From contig CM102290.1 in assembly GCA_046563655.1 (NCBI GenBank), forward strand, positions 12,028,001-12,092,000: a DNA stretch of 64,000 nucleotides, read 5' to 3'. Below, one piece after another: positions 10,161 to 23,821 of this stretch. The DNA comes from Yuukianura sp. NJ FZ-2021. Lineage: Eukaryota. Within the stretch, counting starts at the first letter, position 1, and every line of letters begins with the position of its first letter. A program made the position numbers and the translations under genes. A model generated the notes under the pieces. That model did not search any database and was not told where the DNA came from. It saw only the letters and a list, made by a program, of their open reading frames with translations.

Positions 10161-12299
10161 CCACACTCCTAAAAAAACTTCCCAAAATACAGATTTTTCA
10201 AAAACTAAAATGGAATTGGCAAAGTGCAACTAAAAGTACGGCAGACATTACTCCACCATTGAGAAAATTGCAAATCCAAACATTTCCGCTCCAAAATTCA
10301 AATTTCTCTCCTCCAAATTTGAATTTTTATGTAAACATCGTATGTACGCAACAATTAATTATATTGTTAATTTTGATAACAATACCAACATAAGTTAGGA
10401 GATAAAAAAGTGTGTGTATCAGCTCCTGTGTTTGCAGTGCGTGTGAACTATTATCTGATGGGTTATGTCACGCAAGGGAGTTTGTTCCAAATGGATCCAA
10501 AATGGTAAAGAGCCCTTAAGGCCCTCCTCGTCCTTAGCGTTTTTCATAATTATGAAAAGTGCTATGCGCCACTTACATAAGACGGTGCGGAATTCAGTAA
10601 GTTGTGCGTGAAGGAAATGGAAACGAAATATTATAATTTATAGTAAACTACGAACACTTTTTTCATAAAGTTATCTTAACTCTTGGTCGTTAAGTCGGCT
10701 TAAGAGAAACGACGCATGTCCAAAAATTAACAAAGCACGAAATTTGTTGCAACGGTTGGTGAATTGCGAGCGAATACGACGCATGTACGTTTTTTTAACA
10801 CCAAAACATTCCATTTCAAAAGACGTTCGGTATCGAATTTGTCGTAGCGAGCGATGATTAGTTGAATTCGTATTTGACGCTTTGACTTAACATAAAACAT
10901 CAAAACAAGTTAGGTAGTGTTAAATTAACATCTTTCGACAGATGTAAACCCAACCTTATGATTGTCGAAGTCTTAGTTTTTGTTTGAACATACTGTTTGA
11001 CAATTGTCGCGTCGTCAAAATAATTCAGAGTGTATACCAATAAACTTAATTATCGGAGTAGTTGAGCAATAAGGGTTGTTTACACACATTGCGCAAATTT
11101 TGTGACATTTCGAATCCATTTTCTAAAGTGATACTAAACCTCATTTCAAATGATGAGGTTACAAGCAAACAGTAGTCAAAGTGATGTAATAGTCCCAATC
11201 ACGCACTTCTATAACAGAAGAAAGTTAAATAATCGTTTATCATACATATTCCTTAAATCATTGATCTACGTACGTTTAACATAAACGAAAAGAGTGAAAC
11301 GCGTTATCTGATACCCAGTGAAAGGCGAACGTGGAATTGCACAATTTCAATTTCAAGAGAAATTTCAATGATTTCGATTCGACTAAAAGTTTTTCTGATC
11401 TTACAATTTTCAAATCTTCATACCAAAACTTTCAAAATTTTCTTTACAGAAACACTTTTACTTTGTTTTTACCGCTCAATCGTAAAAATAACTTGCGGAA
11501 AGGCTCTTAAATTTTTTTCTGAAAAATCAATCAAATTTTCTTCTTTTTTAAAATTTTTCTTTTGAAAATAGGATTTATGAGGAATAGAATGACCAGAATT
11601 GGTGTAAATTCTATTTTTAAATTGATGGAGAAGTTGTAGCGTGTGTATGGAGCCTAATTTTGTCTAAACTATGGGAGATGAGCCGGAAGAAGTTGATCTA
11701 CTCCCTGGGAAAAGTCCAACCTGTTTCATATCTATTTTTTACAAGTGTGGGGATCCTTGGAAGATAACAATGGGAACAAAGAGGCCTCTGAGCAACAAAG
11801 ACTTTCCACTAAAAAAAGTGCTGGAGGAGGAAGATGACTCGGAAGATGAAGAAAGGGGTGCTGCATTGGGCAAGATGGACCAAAGTACGTGGTTGGGACG
11901 CAAGTAGCCAAACCTAACGTAAAGCCCCACACAACTTACTACATATGAAGTCCAAGAAGGTGGACCTGCATTCCAATTCGTAGGCAACACAGTCTCAAGA
12001 CGTCTTCTGTCGAGGTAACACAGGTCCTCAAGCAGCCTCAATCAGTCAGTGTCAGTTCGACCCACCAAAAATCGCCCGAAACCCACCATTGCTTAATAGC
12101 CCCACCGAAGCCACGCAGCTTGGTTCTAGTTCTGGACACGGTTTTACGGCGAACAGTAGGCATTATAACATTTTTCAAGAAGTTCAGTTTTCAGACGAAC
12201 TTGGAGCCCCGTCAAAAATAAGTTCAAAACTACCGGCTCACGAATCCGTCCCACGCGACCCACCATAGCCCCACTGCAGGCTAAAGTCCCACCGTAGTG

Positions 12300-12492
12300 T
12301 CCATGCAAACCTTGCAGACTGGTTTTTAGAGCGAAGGTGAATGTGATAAGTTCGAGTTGCGCGTTAGTTTAAAAATTTTCGGTTAGAACAGACAGAGAAA
12401 CGTTCAAATTGAAATTTTTTTTTTGTTTAAAGACGCTTTCACTCTGTCGCACAAATGAAAGTGGAGCGGCTTTCGTAGACAAGGAGGTAAGC
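12300..12492 (+). other. Possible non-coding first exon, perhaps of the GT92 gene ~11 kb downstream
   Basis: Strong donor AG|GTAAGC at 12487 after a promoter-like region. No recognisable CDS between here and the acceptor TTTCAG at 23753 that precedes the GT92 ATG. The linkage is inference only. Confidence 0.25.
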
Positions 12493-15400
12493 ATTTCTTA
12501 ATGTTCAAATCTCAGTTTTCAATTTCTCCTCTTTTGAAATTTTTCGATTCAAATGATGTTCATTTTTTGGTAACTGTTTTTCTTTAGTGATAAGAAAAAG
12601 GTTGGCAGGTTTTCCTCTTCTTTTTCAATTTGAAATTTAAATTGAAAGGTAGGATTGGAGCAAAAGAGATTTAGAAAAAAATTTGAATTGGTTTTTCGTT
12701 TGTGTCGTTGAATTTGTGAACTTGAATTTTTTTTAACAAGGTTTCTTAGAATTGGGAGAAAGGCAAAACGCAGAACGACCACGTTGCACAATTCAGTATT
12801 CGTTGTGGTAGAGCGGTCATTGAAAGCGAACGTCCCTCTTCATTCCCTGAAAATCCTTTATGTTTCTAACAATGTTATAGAAATGGAGAAAACAAAAGGC
12901 GTAAATCATAAATGAACCGAACCAGAAAAACAAAAATTTCGAAATGAAATCAACTTTTTTTCTTAGAAAATCTTTTCTGAATTTACCGGAGTTGTTAACT
13001 TTAAAAAACGATGACTTGAAATCTTCTGTCATTGGAATTGTATTGCTCAATCAACGGAGATTAAGTTAGTTAGGTTAGTTAGGAATTATCTTTAGGAGTA
13101 GGCGTCAATCGTAATTGAATTAGCACTGTACTGTTCAACACGTCTTGAGAAATTTGTGAGGACTGAATAGGTATACAAAATTCACCTTAAGATATTGCAA
13201 ATCACTTCAATCTCGCAGGTCCACTAATTGTTACTTTGCGCTGCTTTCAAAGTAAATAGTACAAAAAATGGGAGGAGCTACAAGGACAAACGCTGCTGAT
13301 TTTTACTCCTACCAACAGCAGATGCGTCAAAATTTCAAAAAGCAGATTTTTTTCTTCAAATTTTGCATCAATATTTTAGAAGTTAATTTTGATAAATGCC
13401 TTTGTTTGAAAACAAAAACTTTGGTACCGGTAGGGAGTGAATTTGTTAACCTTTGACCTTCGTTGTGACCTCGGCAAGTCAATCCCAAGTGAATTTATCC
13501 GGTACGCCATCGGAGTTGTACTCATGCGCGTTACCTAGCCTAACCAAACTGTTTTAATTGGTTGACCCTGGGCCGAAGGCGGGAAGTGTAACAAAATTGA
13601 TTTGAAATGGAGCAATTTAACAACAGGGCAGTGCCCAAATGTCAAATACCTCCATTGTTTTTTAAAGGGCATGTAATAACAACAGAAATTGCTTTACGTG
13701 CCATTTTGAAAAGAAGGAAGCAATCAAAAAATTGTAATTGAAAAACTCCGAAGTCTCTTCCGTTTTCAGAGTTTCAATTCTCAAAATATTGAAAACCTCC
13801 AAAAAAGGAAACATTGAATCCGCTACCCGTTAGTTTTGTTGAACCAATGACAAGCGTAGAGTGAAACTTCGCACGTCTCTTGCGCATGGGCGGTCGAAAG
13901 TGCAAACTGTCAAAAATTTCAATACGAAATATTCAAAATTTGTGAATGAGTCTCATTTGTATGCCTCGCATCTTCCGTCACTAAAGGAAAAGCAGATCAC
14001 CATAACCACCATATTGCATATTGGGATGACTTGAACAGATCGCTTTTACTCCTTAAAGTGGATTTGCAACAATGGCTAATTCGCAAACCCAAATTCTACT
14101 TTTTGCAAAACTCATTTGACGACTTTTTTGGGAAGCTAAAGTAACAGGAATTTGATGTCTCAAGGAGGAAATGACACGGAATGAAAATGTTTACTGCTCG
14201 GAAGCACGTGAACCAAAATTTTAAACTTTCGGTCAAAATTTGTTTCGTTTTCGCTTGCGAGAAGTTTTCTCGAATGCTCAAAATGAAGTACATGCGCGGG
14301 AAAATTTGAAAAAGAAAGGAAAAGGGCGGTTTGTAATTGCGTGTGGAAAAAATAAACGAAAAGAGGTCAGAGACTTGACCTGTCCATGCCTGCGTGCGTA
14401 TTTGGTTGCTTTTCTACACAAAGTGACATCAAGGGCTCCTAGGTCAATTTTCTACTCAAAGTAACAATATTAACCATGCGCAGAAGGTCAAATACGCTCT
14501 TCTGCGCATCGTTTACAATGAATTTTGTTGTCCACTCCAAAAAATAAAGTTACGTCAAACGCCAAAAACAGATGCACTTTGCCCTCCAAAATTCAATTTC
14601 CCACCGTACGGCGGGTGGTCACATTTTTAAAAAGTTCCCACGATGCTTCTTTTCTTTTGAGATTTTAATGATTCCTTTCCGTTTCAAATTGCTCCGAATG
14701 TCATGGCGGGAAAAGTTGAATTGAAATTTTTCAATTTCAAAAACATTTTGATTGCTTTTTGTTTACGACCTGAGGAAAATGACTTTTGTATGCTCATAGA
14801 GGGGTCACTGCTCTTTTTACGCAGGCGTATTGTACAAAAATGCACCTTTCTTACTACTCGTCTGCCCAATCATGTGATGATGATGATGCAATTTAAAAAA
14901 AATTAAAGAAGAGCCACTTAAGTCCATCTTCAAGCTAACCTATCAAATCGGATTTTATAGCAAGTGAACGTGAGTTTTAGAGTGAAAAATGGCGTCATTT
15001 TGCGACTGATTGCAACAACCAAATTGAGTGTGATTTGCGGTTTGCAAAATGATGAGACCGTGCATGTCCTAATCCTCGGCTCTAATTTGCAAATTTACTG
15101 AATCACGCATTCATTTTCTAAATTCTAATTTCAGAGCGTTACAAATAGTTGTCTTGAAAAAAACTGACTTTTTTTAAAAAAAAATTGAAATTGAAATTAA
15201 GTTTGATGGAGTCTAGTTTGTCCTTGAGACAAAATTTGCCAAGAAAAAACAGGGTTCTGTGGGTGGGCCATTTTTGGACAATTTTTATATTTGTTGAGCA
15301 GAGGATTCCATTGTTCTTTTGGTGCCTTAAATTGTGCAATTTACGTCCCATTGTCAGTCGCTCGACCGGAACTGCCGCCTCATGTCTTAGGAAAAAGTTA

Positions 15401-18400
15401 ACTTCAAGTCCGTCATCTGTATCGTCACAATACAAGTACAAGTACTGTACAACATACTAAACGAACTTGATAGAGTTCCAAGTTGACGTCGTCGTCGTTT
15501 GGTCATGCTTGAGTAATTTAGTTTTCAGAATTAAGAATTTTAATGAACTTGTTGACTTAGTTCTTCAAAAAATTACAGCCCGTCTGTCCTTGAAACAGCT
15601 TTACTAACACACACCCAGCAGTTATAAAAAAAATTTGTCCAAAAACGTTTTACTTTAACCGCTGAAGTTTCGAAAAAGTTTGGCAAAAAAAGGTCCCACT
15701 AAAAAAAATTTGGCGAAAGACGATGACCTGAAACGTCGTAAAAAGTGAGAGGAGAAAAATAACTTTTCGAAAAACTTGACAAAAAACGTATTCTGAGACG
15801 TTTTTAAGCGTTTTCGCCGAAACCAGAGATAGTTTCGTTTCTTTTTCACTTTACTGCAAGACGTTACGGTGTCATTTGAAAAATGGCGCGAATTTTAAAT
15901 ATTTGCAAATTCAGAATGGCCTTAATGTATTGTATGTCTTGTCTCTTTGTTGGCACTTATTTGTTCAGTTGCAAAAAAGAGTAAAGAACAGGACTAGCTT
16001 CTTAATTCAGAAACTTAATTCAGAGAAAAAAACTGGGAAAAGTGTTTGTAAAAATGACGAAGATGTGTGACACTTCTTTTTTAGCAGTGAAACAAATTTC
16101 ATAGTCTAAATTTCTCAATCATGCAGAGCCTTAAAATTTCCAAATTCCACTTGCAAAATTTTTTTCCGTTTGCGAAGTCATTTCCAGAGCCAGCATGAGT
16201 TTAAAAATTTGCAATTCCAAAATGGCAGGAAATCCGAATGAAATAAATTACAAGGTCCGTGACGATGTGAGGGGATGATGGTCACAACTTCCGCCGTGTT
16301 CAACTTTATGTCATTGGTCTTGGAGTTTTTACTTTACTAGTTTTTGTCATATTGCAAAACTTATAAATCACTTTCTAAGTTCCTCCAAATTTAAAAAAAG
16401 AAAAGATTTTTTAAGACTTCTTTTAAGGATGTTAGTCATGTTCCAAGTCACGACGAAACCAAGGTTTACTTTCCATGCGTCATGACATGGACACGACCTA
16501 AGGCTAAAGTTAGCCACAAATGTTTCAATCACGTCAACACTTACTTTTTCCTTTTCATCACGACCAATTAACCCACAAAAACAGACGCATGCGCAATCTG
16601 CTTTATCCTTGGCCATCATCAGTTCCTTGAAGCCCAAATCCTGGACAAAAAAATAAAGAATTTGTGCACTTTGATTTTTATAAACTTTCCAGAAAAAAAG
16701 CTCAAGTTTCTTTATTAAAAAAGAAAATTTTGAAAATTCTAACGTTCTTACAAGTTTATAATTTGGAAAAGGTAACAAATGAATGGAACCACGTCAGACA
16801 TAGTGACGACTGACGACTCACTTGCCAGCCATTCCTAGAAATTAAGCTAAATGCTAGCAAAATCTCTCTCCGTCACTTTTACAAAATTTTGAAAGAAGAA
16901 AAAACAGAGTTGAAGATTCTTTGCCCAATTTTGGAAATTGCGAAGAATAATTTCTGCATAGCACTTCAAAATCTTGTAAACTCTTCTCATTGTGCAACAC
17001 TCTGCATAATTAATTGTCACCATACTAATTATTGTTAACTCTGAATTCATTAAGGTGGCACGTTTAAAAAGGAAGCTGCTCAGACGCACTCTTAGTTTTG
17101 AAGTGGAAGCAAAAGACAGGCGTGGTCTTGCGTCATCGCTGCGTCGCCTTCTCTTCGTCAAGTGGAGGGAAATTTTGAATTTGTGTCGTCGTCGTCAATA
17201 GTTTCTTGTTTAGTGAGAGGTGCAGTAGTCTAACCACCAACTTTACATAACTGTCAATCCAAGGGCCATTTGCGTAAGGGCTCGCCTACACATGGATGTC
17301 TGAGATCATCAACTAATAAAGTAAGCATCTTAGTCAATGAAATTAGTAAATAAAAGTCAGTTTCTCTTTCAATGCACAATGCCCAAATTGTTTAGTGCAC
17401 GAATGCACAAAATGTTCCGTGTGTACATAAAAGAGTTTAGGAGGGATGCATGACTAAATTGGAAAATTAAAATTCAAAGAACCGCAATTAGTGACAACGA
17501 ACCTTAATTTAGCCCAGGATCCTCACATTTTCAAATATTCGCGCGTCTTTATTCAAACATCAAAATTTCCCTCTCTTTTGGTATCCCTAGTCCCTGAGCT
17601 TAAAAAGTTTGCACTTTGCATGCACATATTCTATCGATGAATAGTTTACATATGATGGATGAATAAAAATGAAGTTCAATTGAAAGCGTAATTGGATGTA
17701 TTTAAAGCCTTTGAAAGCCTAAAAGATTCATTTTGCATGTTTGAATTTTTGCGCCACCATTTTTCATGTTCTTTTGTTTCTGTAATGACTGCAAGGTAAA
17801 TATCGCCACTTTCTAAAGAAGTATTTATTAAACACGAAGAAATTTAAAACGTCTTAGCCGTAATTATATTTCCGCGACCATTTTTTTTATTGAATCTAAA
17901 TTTTCAAAAATTTTTATACCATGCCCTGTTCGGCGTCTAATGTAGAACTGGCAGTTTTGGGTTGCAGAAATTCATAATTTTGAGGCAACGATGATGCAAA
18001 GTTTTGAAATTTGAAATATAAAAAGTGAAGAATTCGCAGATAGACAAAAAGAGGCATGGTTGCCATTTTGCAAGTATTTTTTTAAAGATTGACGGACTGG
18101 AGTGTCTGTTGTAGCCAATTTGTATCAACACCTTTTTCATTTATCGTCTTGAGTGTACAAAAAAATTGTCAGTAAAAAATAATCCTACTTTCTAAAAAAA
18201 AATGCTTAGTCTCCTGTCAGCATACAAAATGTATGCCTTTCCTAACTCAATTTATTAATACACACACTGAAGCTTCTCACTTAAAATAAAGATTACGCAA
18301 ACGTACATAAAAGTCGTAAAAAACCTGAATTTTACTTAAGAAAATCAAATTAGACAAGAAAAGGTAAAACACGTTTAAAATCACAAAAAAAAAAGAAAAA

Positions 18401-21400
18401 AATTTCAACAAAAAAAAACAAAGAAAATACACAGATTCCAAAAATGTTTTTAAAAGCAAGTCAATACGAAAAGAAGGTTAAAAATGAAACTTAAAACTGC
18501 TTCATGAAAAGGAGAAATTTTTATAAGTTAAAAACAAGAAGTAAACTATAAAGTTTGAAGTAGAAAAACTTTGGAACTATTATTCGAGTTTCTCGTAAAA
18601 AAATATGCAAACGTGCCCACAGGAAAAAAAAACGAAAGAATTAATAAAAAATTGAACTTAAGAAAAGTTTACCGGGACGAAATTTTGGAAATAGAAGTCA
18701 GAAACCGGCATTTTTTTTTCTTATTCTTCCAAATTTGTTTCTTTCGTTTTCAAAATCGCAAAAAACATATTTTGCACCAGAATTCAAATTTTCACTACTC
18801 ATAATTGGCCGTGACGTTTCTCTGTCAATGAAACTTGCGGTTGGTGGTAAGACGGAAGAATATTCTTTTGCTAATCTAAATGTACTTAATGGCATTCGTT
18901 TTTTTCCCAACTACTGAAAATTTGCATTGGCAAAGACTCCTTATAGTGCGACTCCTTTATTCCCCTGAGAACATGTTCAGATTGGCCAATTAATCCTTCC
19001 ATTGACCTTCAGGAAACCAAGTATGCTAGAGGTCACATGCTCACAAATAAAAGTTGAAACTATTCTCTTCAATTTCATGCCACGTTAAAGGTGTGTCCAA
19101 TCTCCATCAAGTGAAATTGTCAAGTGCGGAGCTGATGTGGAAAATTGTTGCCAATTTGCTAATTTTGGGATATCATTTGAATTTAACCGCTCCTTTCCTC
19201 TTGCGTCTTTAAAGTCCACATGTTGATTAAAGTTAATTGATGCTATTTGCAAAAAGGTAAGAGTGCATGTGCAAATAAAAAACGTTATCGGCGGCCTTGC
19301 AAAGTTGCGAAATTAAAATTGCAAAAAATGGTTTTTGGTGCCGTTTTTGCACTTCCTATTGATGGACCAAAGGTCATCTAAGGTCAACGCGTATGCAGTT
19401 GAACAACTTTTTCGGCGCCAAAATCGTACAGTTTCTAAACATGAGAACATGACTGTATAAAAACGAAGAAGGGGGCGTGGCATTCAACTTGTCAAAATTT
19501 GATGCATTTTCACTCTACTTTTGATACTTTGTAAAATATGGATCAATACGCCTGTTAATATGCACTTTTCGTGCTCAGGCTTGTGAATACCAAGGGAAAG
19601 TGTGCGAAATGTGAAAAATTTGAACCAAAAGGCATTCAAAATTTTGTTGAAATTGCTCCCATTTTATTAATTTGAAACCAGAGCAAAAAATTTTTTTGAA
19701 AAATGGACAACAGCCATAGTATTTGAAATTTTGAAAATTCGACACCCTCAGCATGCAGTAAAATCACTTCCGTTGGTAACACTTTGTTGCCATATGATAT
19801 ATTGGTAATTTCAAATGTTCGCCTCAACAGTGCAGAGATGAGTGATATACATTTTTTGTAACTTAACACCTCAAGTGTCTTCTTTAATCTTCCGTCTAAC
19901 ACTCTCGAGGTGTGAAAACCATTTAAGATTCACTAGACTGGTGAAGGATGAGTAAATGTAGAGTCAAATTGAATCTTTCTAAAAGTTCATGTACAAAATA
20001 TGGGAAAGTTGTTTTGAATTTTCCCGCGCGTATCAAGACTCAATTTATTCGCAAAAACAACTTCAGGCCAGAAGATGCAACTAATTAGGCATGGGCAATT
20101 AACTTTTACATTTATGTGTTGCGCATGACTGTTACAGGAGGAGTAATTAGCACGTTCCGCTCGTTGCACATGCGCAGAAACTCGTCAACAAACAGATCCG
20201 TTAGATGAGTCTATAAATAAAACACGATTGACTATGAGCAGAAGTAATTCATTTTTATTATTTATTTTAATTTTCTAATTATATTTTCATATTGACACAC
20301 ATACTATGTAGAATGATTGATGAGAAGTCAGTAATTGAATTGAGGTGCATACGATTCGCACTGTCCAAAGGAGTGTCACCAAGCCTAACAATTGACAATT
20401 TGAAAAAATTGACAATTCAAAAAATGGCGCCCAAGCAAATTCCACTTTTTGACTTTCCCTCCCATTACTCACTTCGTTGTCAATTGAAATTCAAAGCAAA
20501 TTTAGGAAATCCAAATAAACAACGTGTCAGTGGAATATAAATTTCTGACTTTGTTTTTTTTTATTCCGACTGGTAATAATAGAATTGAAAGCATATAGTC
20601 GTGTTTCAAAATTTTGAAATTTTGTGCCAATTTGAATTTTTGGACAATTGAAATGCAAGATGCCAAGTGGATTAGGTTATGTTTCCTTTCACTTTCACAT
20701 CTCATGTAGAAATTGAAGTGGGATTTGAAATTGACAGAGAGAGACTTTAAAGCCAGTCTGAATTGCAATTCCAATTGTTTGCCAATTGGAAATGTCAAGA
20801 GGCTCAATTTCTAATCAGGTTAACCATCCAAATCGTTGTGCACGATTTGAATTATGCCGCTGAAATTTAAACTATTGCACGATTATGGCGCCTTTGACAA
20901 ATCCTTTTTCATGCAAACTAAAGGCGTCATTCTATTTAGCAGAACGTAGGAAGACGGCACGAATCAAATTCAAAACAAATTAATCAAACGGATTATCGGA
21001 GTTATTTTTTTTAATTTAGTAATTCATATTTTATTTGGGCTAGATTTTAAAATTCATAGTACCATTTGCATATGCAAAGCTCACCGCATTTCATTTTGTT
21101 TTAGAAATTCAATGACTTTTTATCCGGTTCCGACGAAACTTTATGTTTTATCTAGTACTCGATTTTTTCTTAAATCGGTAAATGTTTTTTTACTTTTCAA
21201 ATGTTAAATTTTTCATATGCTGGGTCGAAAGTAATCGATTTTTTGACCATCTCGAAATCTCAAATTACGCTTAATAGTTGTTCGGTTATTATTAGGTATT
21301 ATTTCTGAAAATTTCTTGGTTACTAATTAATACTGCAAGGGGACCTTGAGTGTATCGATATTTGACTCATTTGAGTCGAAAGTACTCATTGAGCATTTAT

Positions 21401-23821
21401 ATGAGCACATTTTAAGCTGTTGACATTGAGTGCTCATCGCACCCTTTATGATTTCCTCTCTACATGTAAAAATGCAACATGATTTCTTTGGTAGGTCATA
21501 GTGACATGAGTTTGTAAATTGCTTAACCATCAATTGAGTTGACCCTTCAGTCTTGAGGTCACCAACAGACATTACATTGTGCATACAAAAGAGTAGTAAT
21601 TTTCATAATAGTAATTTGAATGTATCTGAAAATAATACTTATGCATTTAAAACGAATGTGGGATTGACTTTGGAGTTGGAGATTTGGAAAATTTGCAACT
21701 AATACGTTTCTGGGTGTGTTCGTTTGGGATAAAACTTTGCGAAAATTGTGTGTCAAGTGCAGGGTCAACCACTCAGGGGTCATGAGTCACTCTTTTTGTA
21801 TTGCAATTGCATGTTGATGGGAAGCATTTTTGGCGAATCGCGATAAAAAATTGTTGCAAAAATCTTTTCAAAAAAGTGTAACTAGTAAATCAAGCTTTTC
21901 AAGCTGTAAACTCAAACTATTTAGCCAAAAGAATTGGAAAAAAAAATTAGAAAAAACGACATTTTTCATCCAACTTGCAGAAGGAGGAATTTACAAAGTG
22001 AGCTTTCGAATTTAGGAATTTCAAGCAGGTATGGAATTTTTGTTGTTGATTTTGACTACCTGCTTTCTCTGATGGTATGAACTTGTAGGCTGAATTTTTT
22101 TTTTGAATTTTGATTTTCAAAATTTTTGGAAAACAATTATGAGAAAAAGAAACGCTGCATGTTTTGCGCAACTCGAATTCTGTTTAGCATTGATTAATGA
22201 TCCGAGTGGCAATTGAACTCAACCGGATTAACTTTCTGCTCCAACCTACAATTTCTCCCAAGATTAATGGACTTTTGGCCTAGGCGATCAGTAACTGGCA
22301 GACTGCCAATCAACATGTCAACGTAACTTTTGGCAACACCAACTTTGTCAACTGCAAATCGGTCGAAAATCTATTCCGGATTAGATTTGAGGCCAATGGG
22401 TCACCCCCGCTTCATTAATCATTCTCTCCCAATTTGAATTTTTTGAATGTGGACTATATTGGTGTTGATCAAATTGCTCCCTTTTTAATTTCAGAGCACC
22501 TTAAATCCGCATTCTTATCGGTAGAGCGCCACCTAACTCCAAAAAAGAGTTCAGTTTTCATTTGACATGCGTCGATGTGTCTCAATTTGCATAAGTCCAT
22601 TGTGTCAACCTTGTCAGAACACACTATCTGTAATACCATAGTTGGCATAAGGTTGTATTGCTTTCAAGGTGCAACTCAATTCATATGGACATAGAGTGAG
22701 TGACCTATTGACCTTTGGAAGCTTTTCAAAATTGAACCGTAACTGATCTTTTGTTCTTCTTTGAGTTTTCATTTTCGCGTGTTATTGGTGCAAAAACCAA
22801 AAGTAAATCAAAGTAAACTGACTTTTCGTTTCACTTTGCAATTTGAAATTAAATGGTAATAACTGAACCAGTTTTTTTTTCATTTTTAAGATATTTATTT
22901 CGTGTTTTCCTTTCGTTTCGGACCACTTTGAAGGCATCTTTTGTGCGAAAATGTTCTTGTGTTTTTCGGACCGTCTTGTACATTGGAATTGGAAATTGGC
23001 AAATTCCGATTGCTCATCATCATCACTGCTGAAGAAGCTCTACGAGTTTTTTTTTATGATTTTGCTTTGGGGTGGATGCGAACATGGTCCTTGGCCTGCC
23101 GTGTTGACTTGAGGAATTTGGCATCAATTTGCAATGCAGAATTCAGGCGGAGACATTGACCTCATGGCTACCTTCCGCAGTCCACAGTAAGTGGTCGTGT
23201 GATCGAGTCCCACCGGCCCAAGGCCAAGGACCCATCTTCTTCCTGGAGCCACCACGCACATCATCCGTCAAATTTAATGAACATGAAACCAAAAAACAAA
23301 GTTAATCCAACAAAATGTGACAAAATGAACTTCACTCAACTTGATTTTAGCATTTGAATTTGCGAAACATCCTGTTCGCCGGTACCGTAAACGTCAAATT
23401 TGCAAACATGATTTTAGCGTCATAAAACTGTTATCTTCCCAAACGTGGTGGAACCTCTGGCATAGCTTAGCTCAAGTATTTACGCATTCTAAAAAGTAAC
23501 TATGATTATAGTTACATAAAAACCATGCTTTTATCACGTTTTAATGAAAGTTTGAAAACTTTGCTGATTTAAGTAATTTTGAATTGGAATTTAAAAACAA
23601 GTTCCAATCGTTTTAGTGGAATTTTTTAAAATCGCGTTTGATACAAAGTGAATTCGATTTCGGTTCCAAATTCTTTTACTCCAGATTTGCGAAACTCGTT
23701 TTTTTCAGTTTTGTTAAAATTTCAAAATTTTAAAATTTTGAAAATACTTTCAGGGGCCCTTGGATTTTGGCTGAAAGCCTCGTGCGGTACTATCGGCAGT
23801 TGCCAATCAGTTGACTTCAAG

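Noticed and set aside
12500..23640. Numerous 60-136-aa ORFs in the ORF track
   Set aside because: They are F/K/L/N-rich translations of AT-rich non-coding DNA, many with TTG/GTG starts and without motifs or exon structure.
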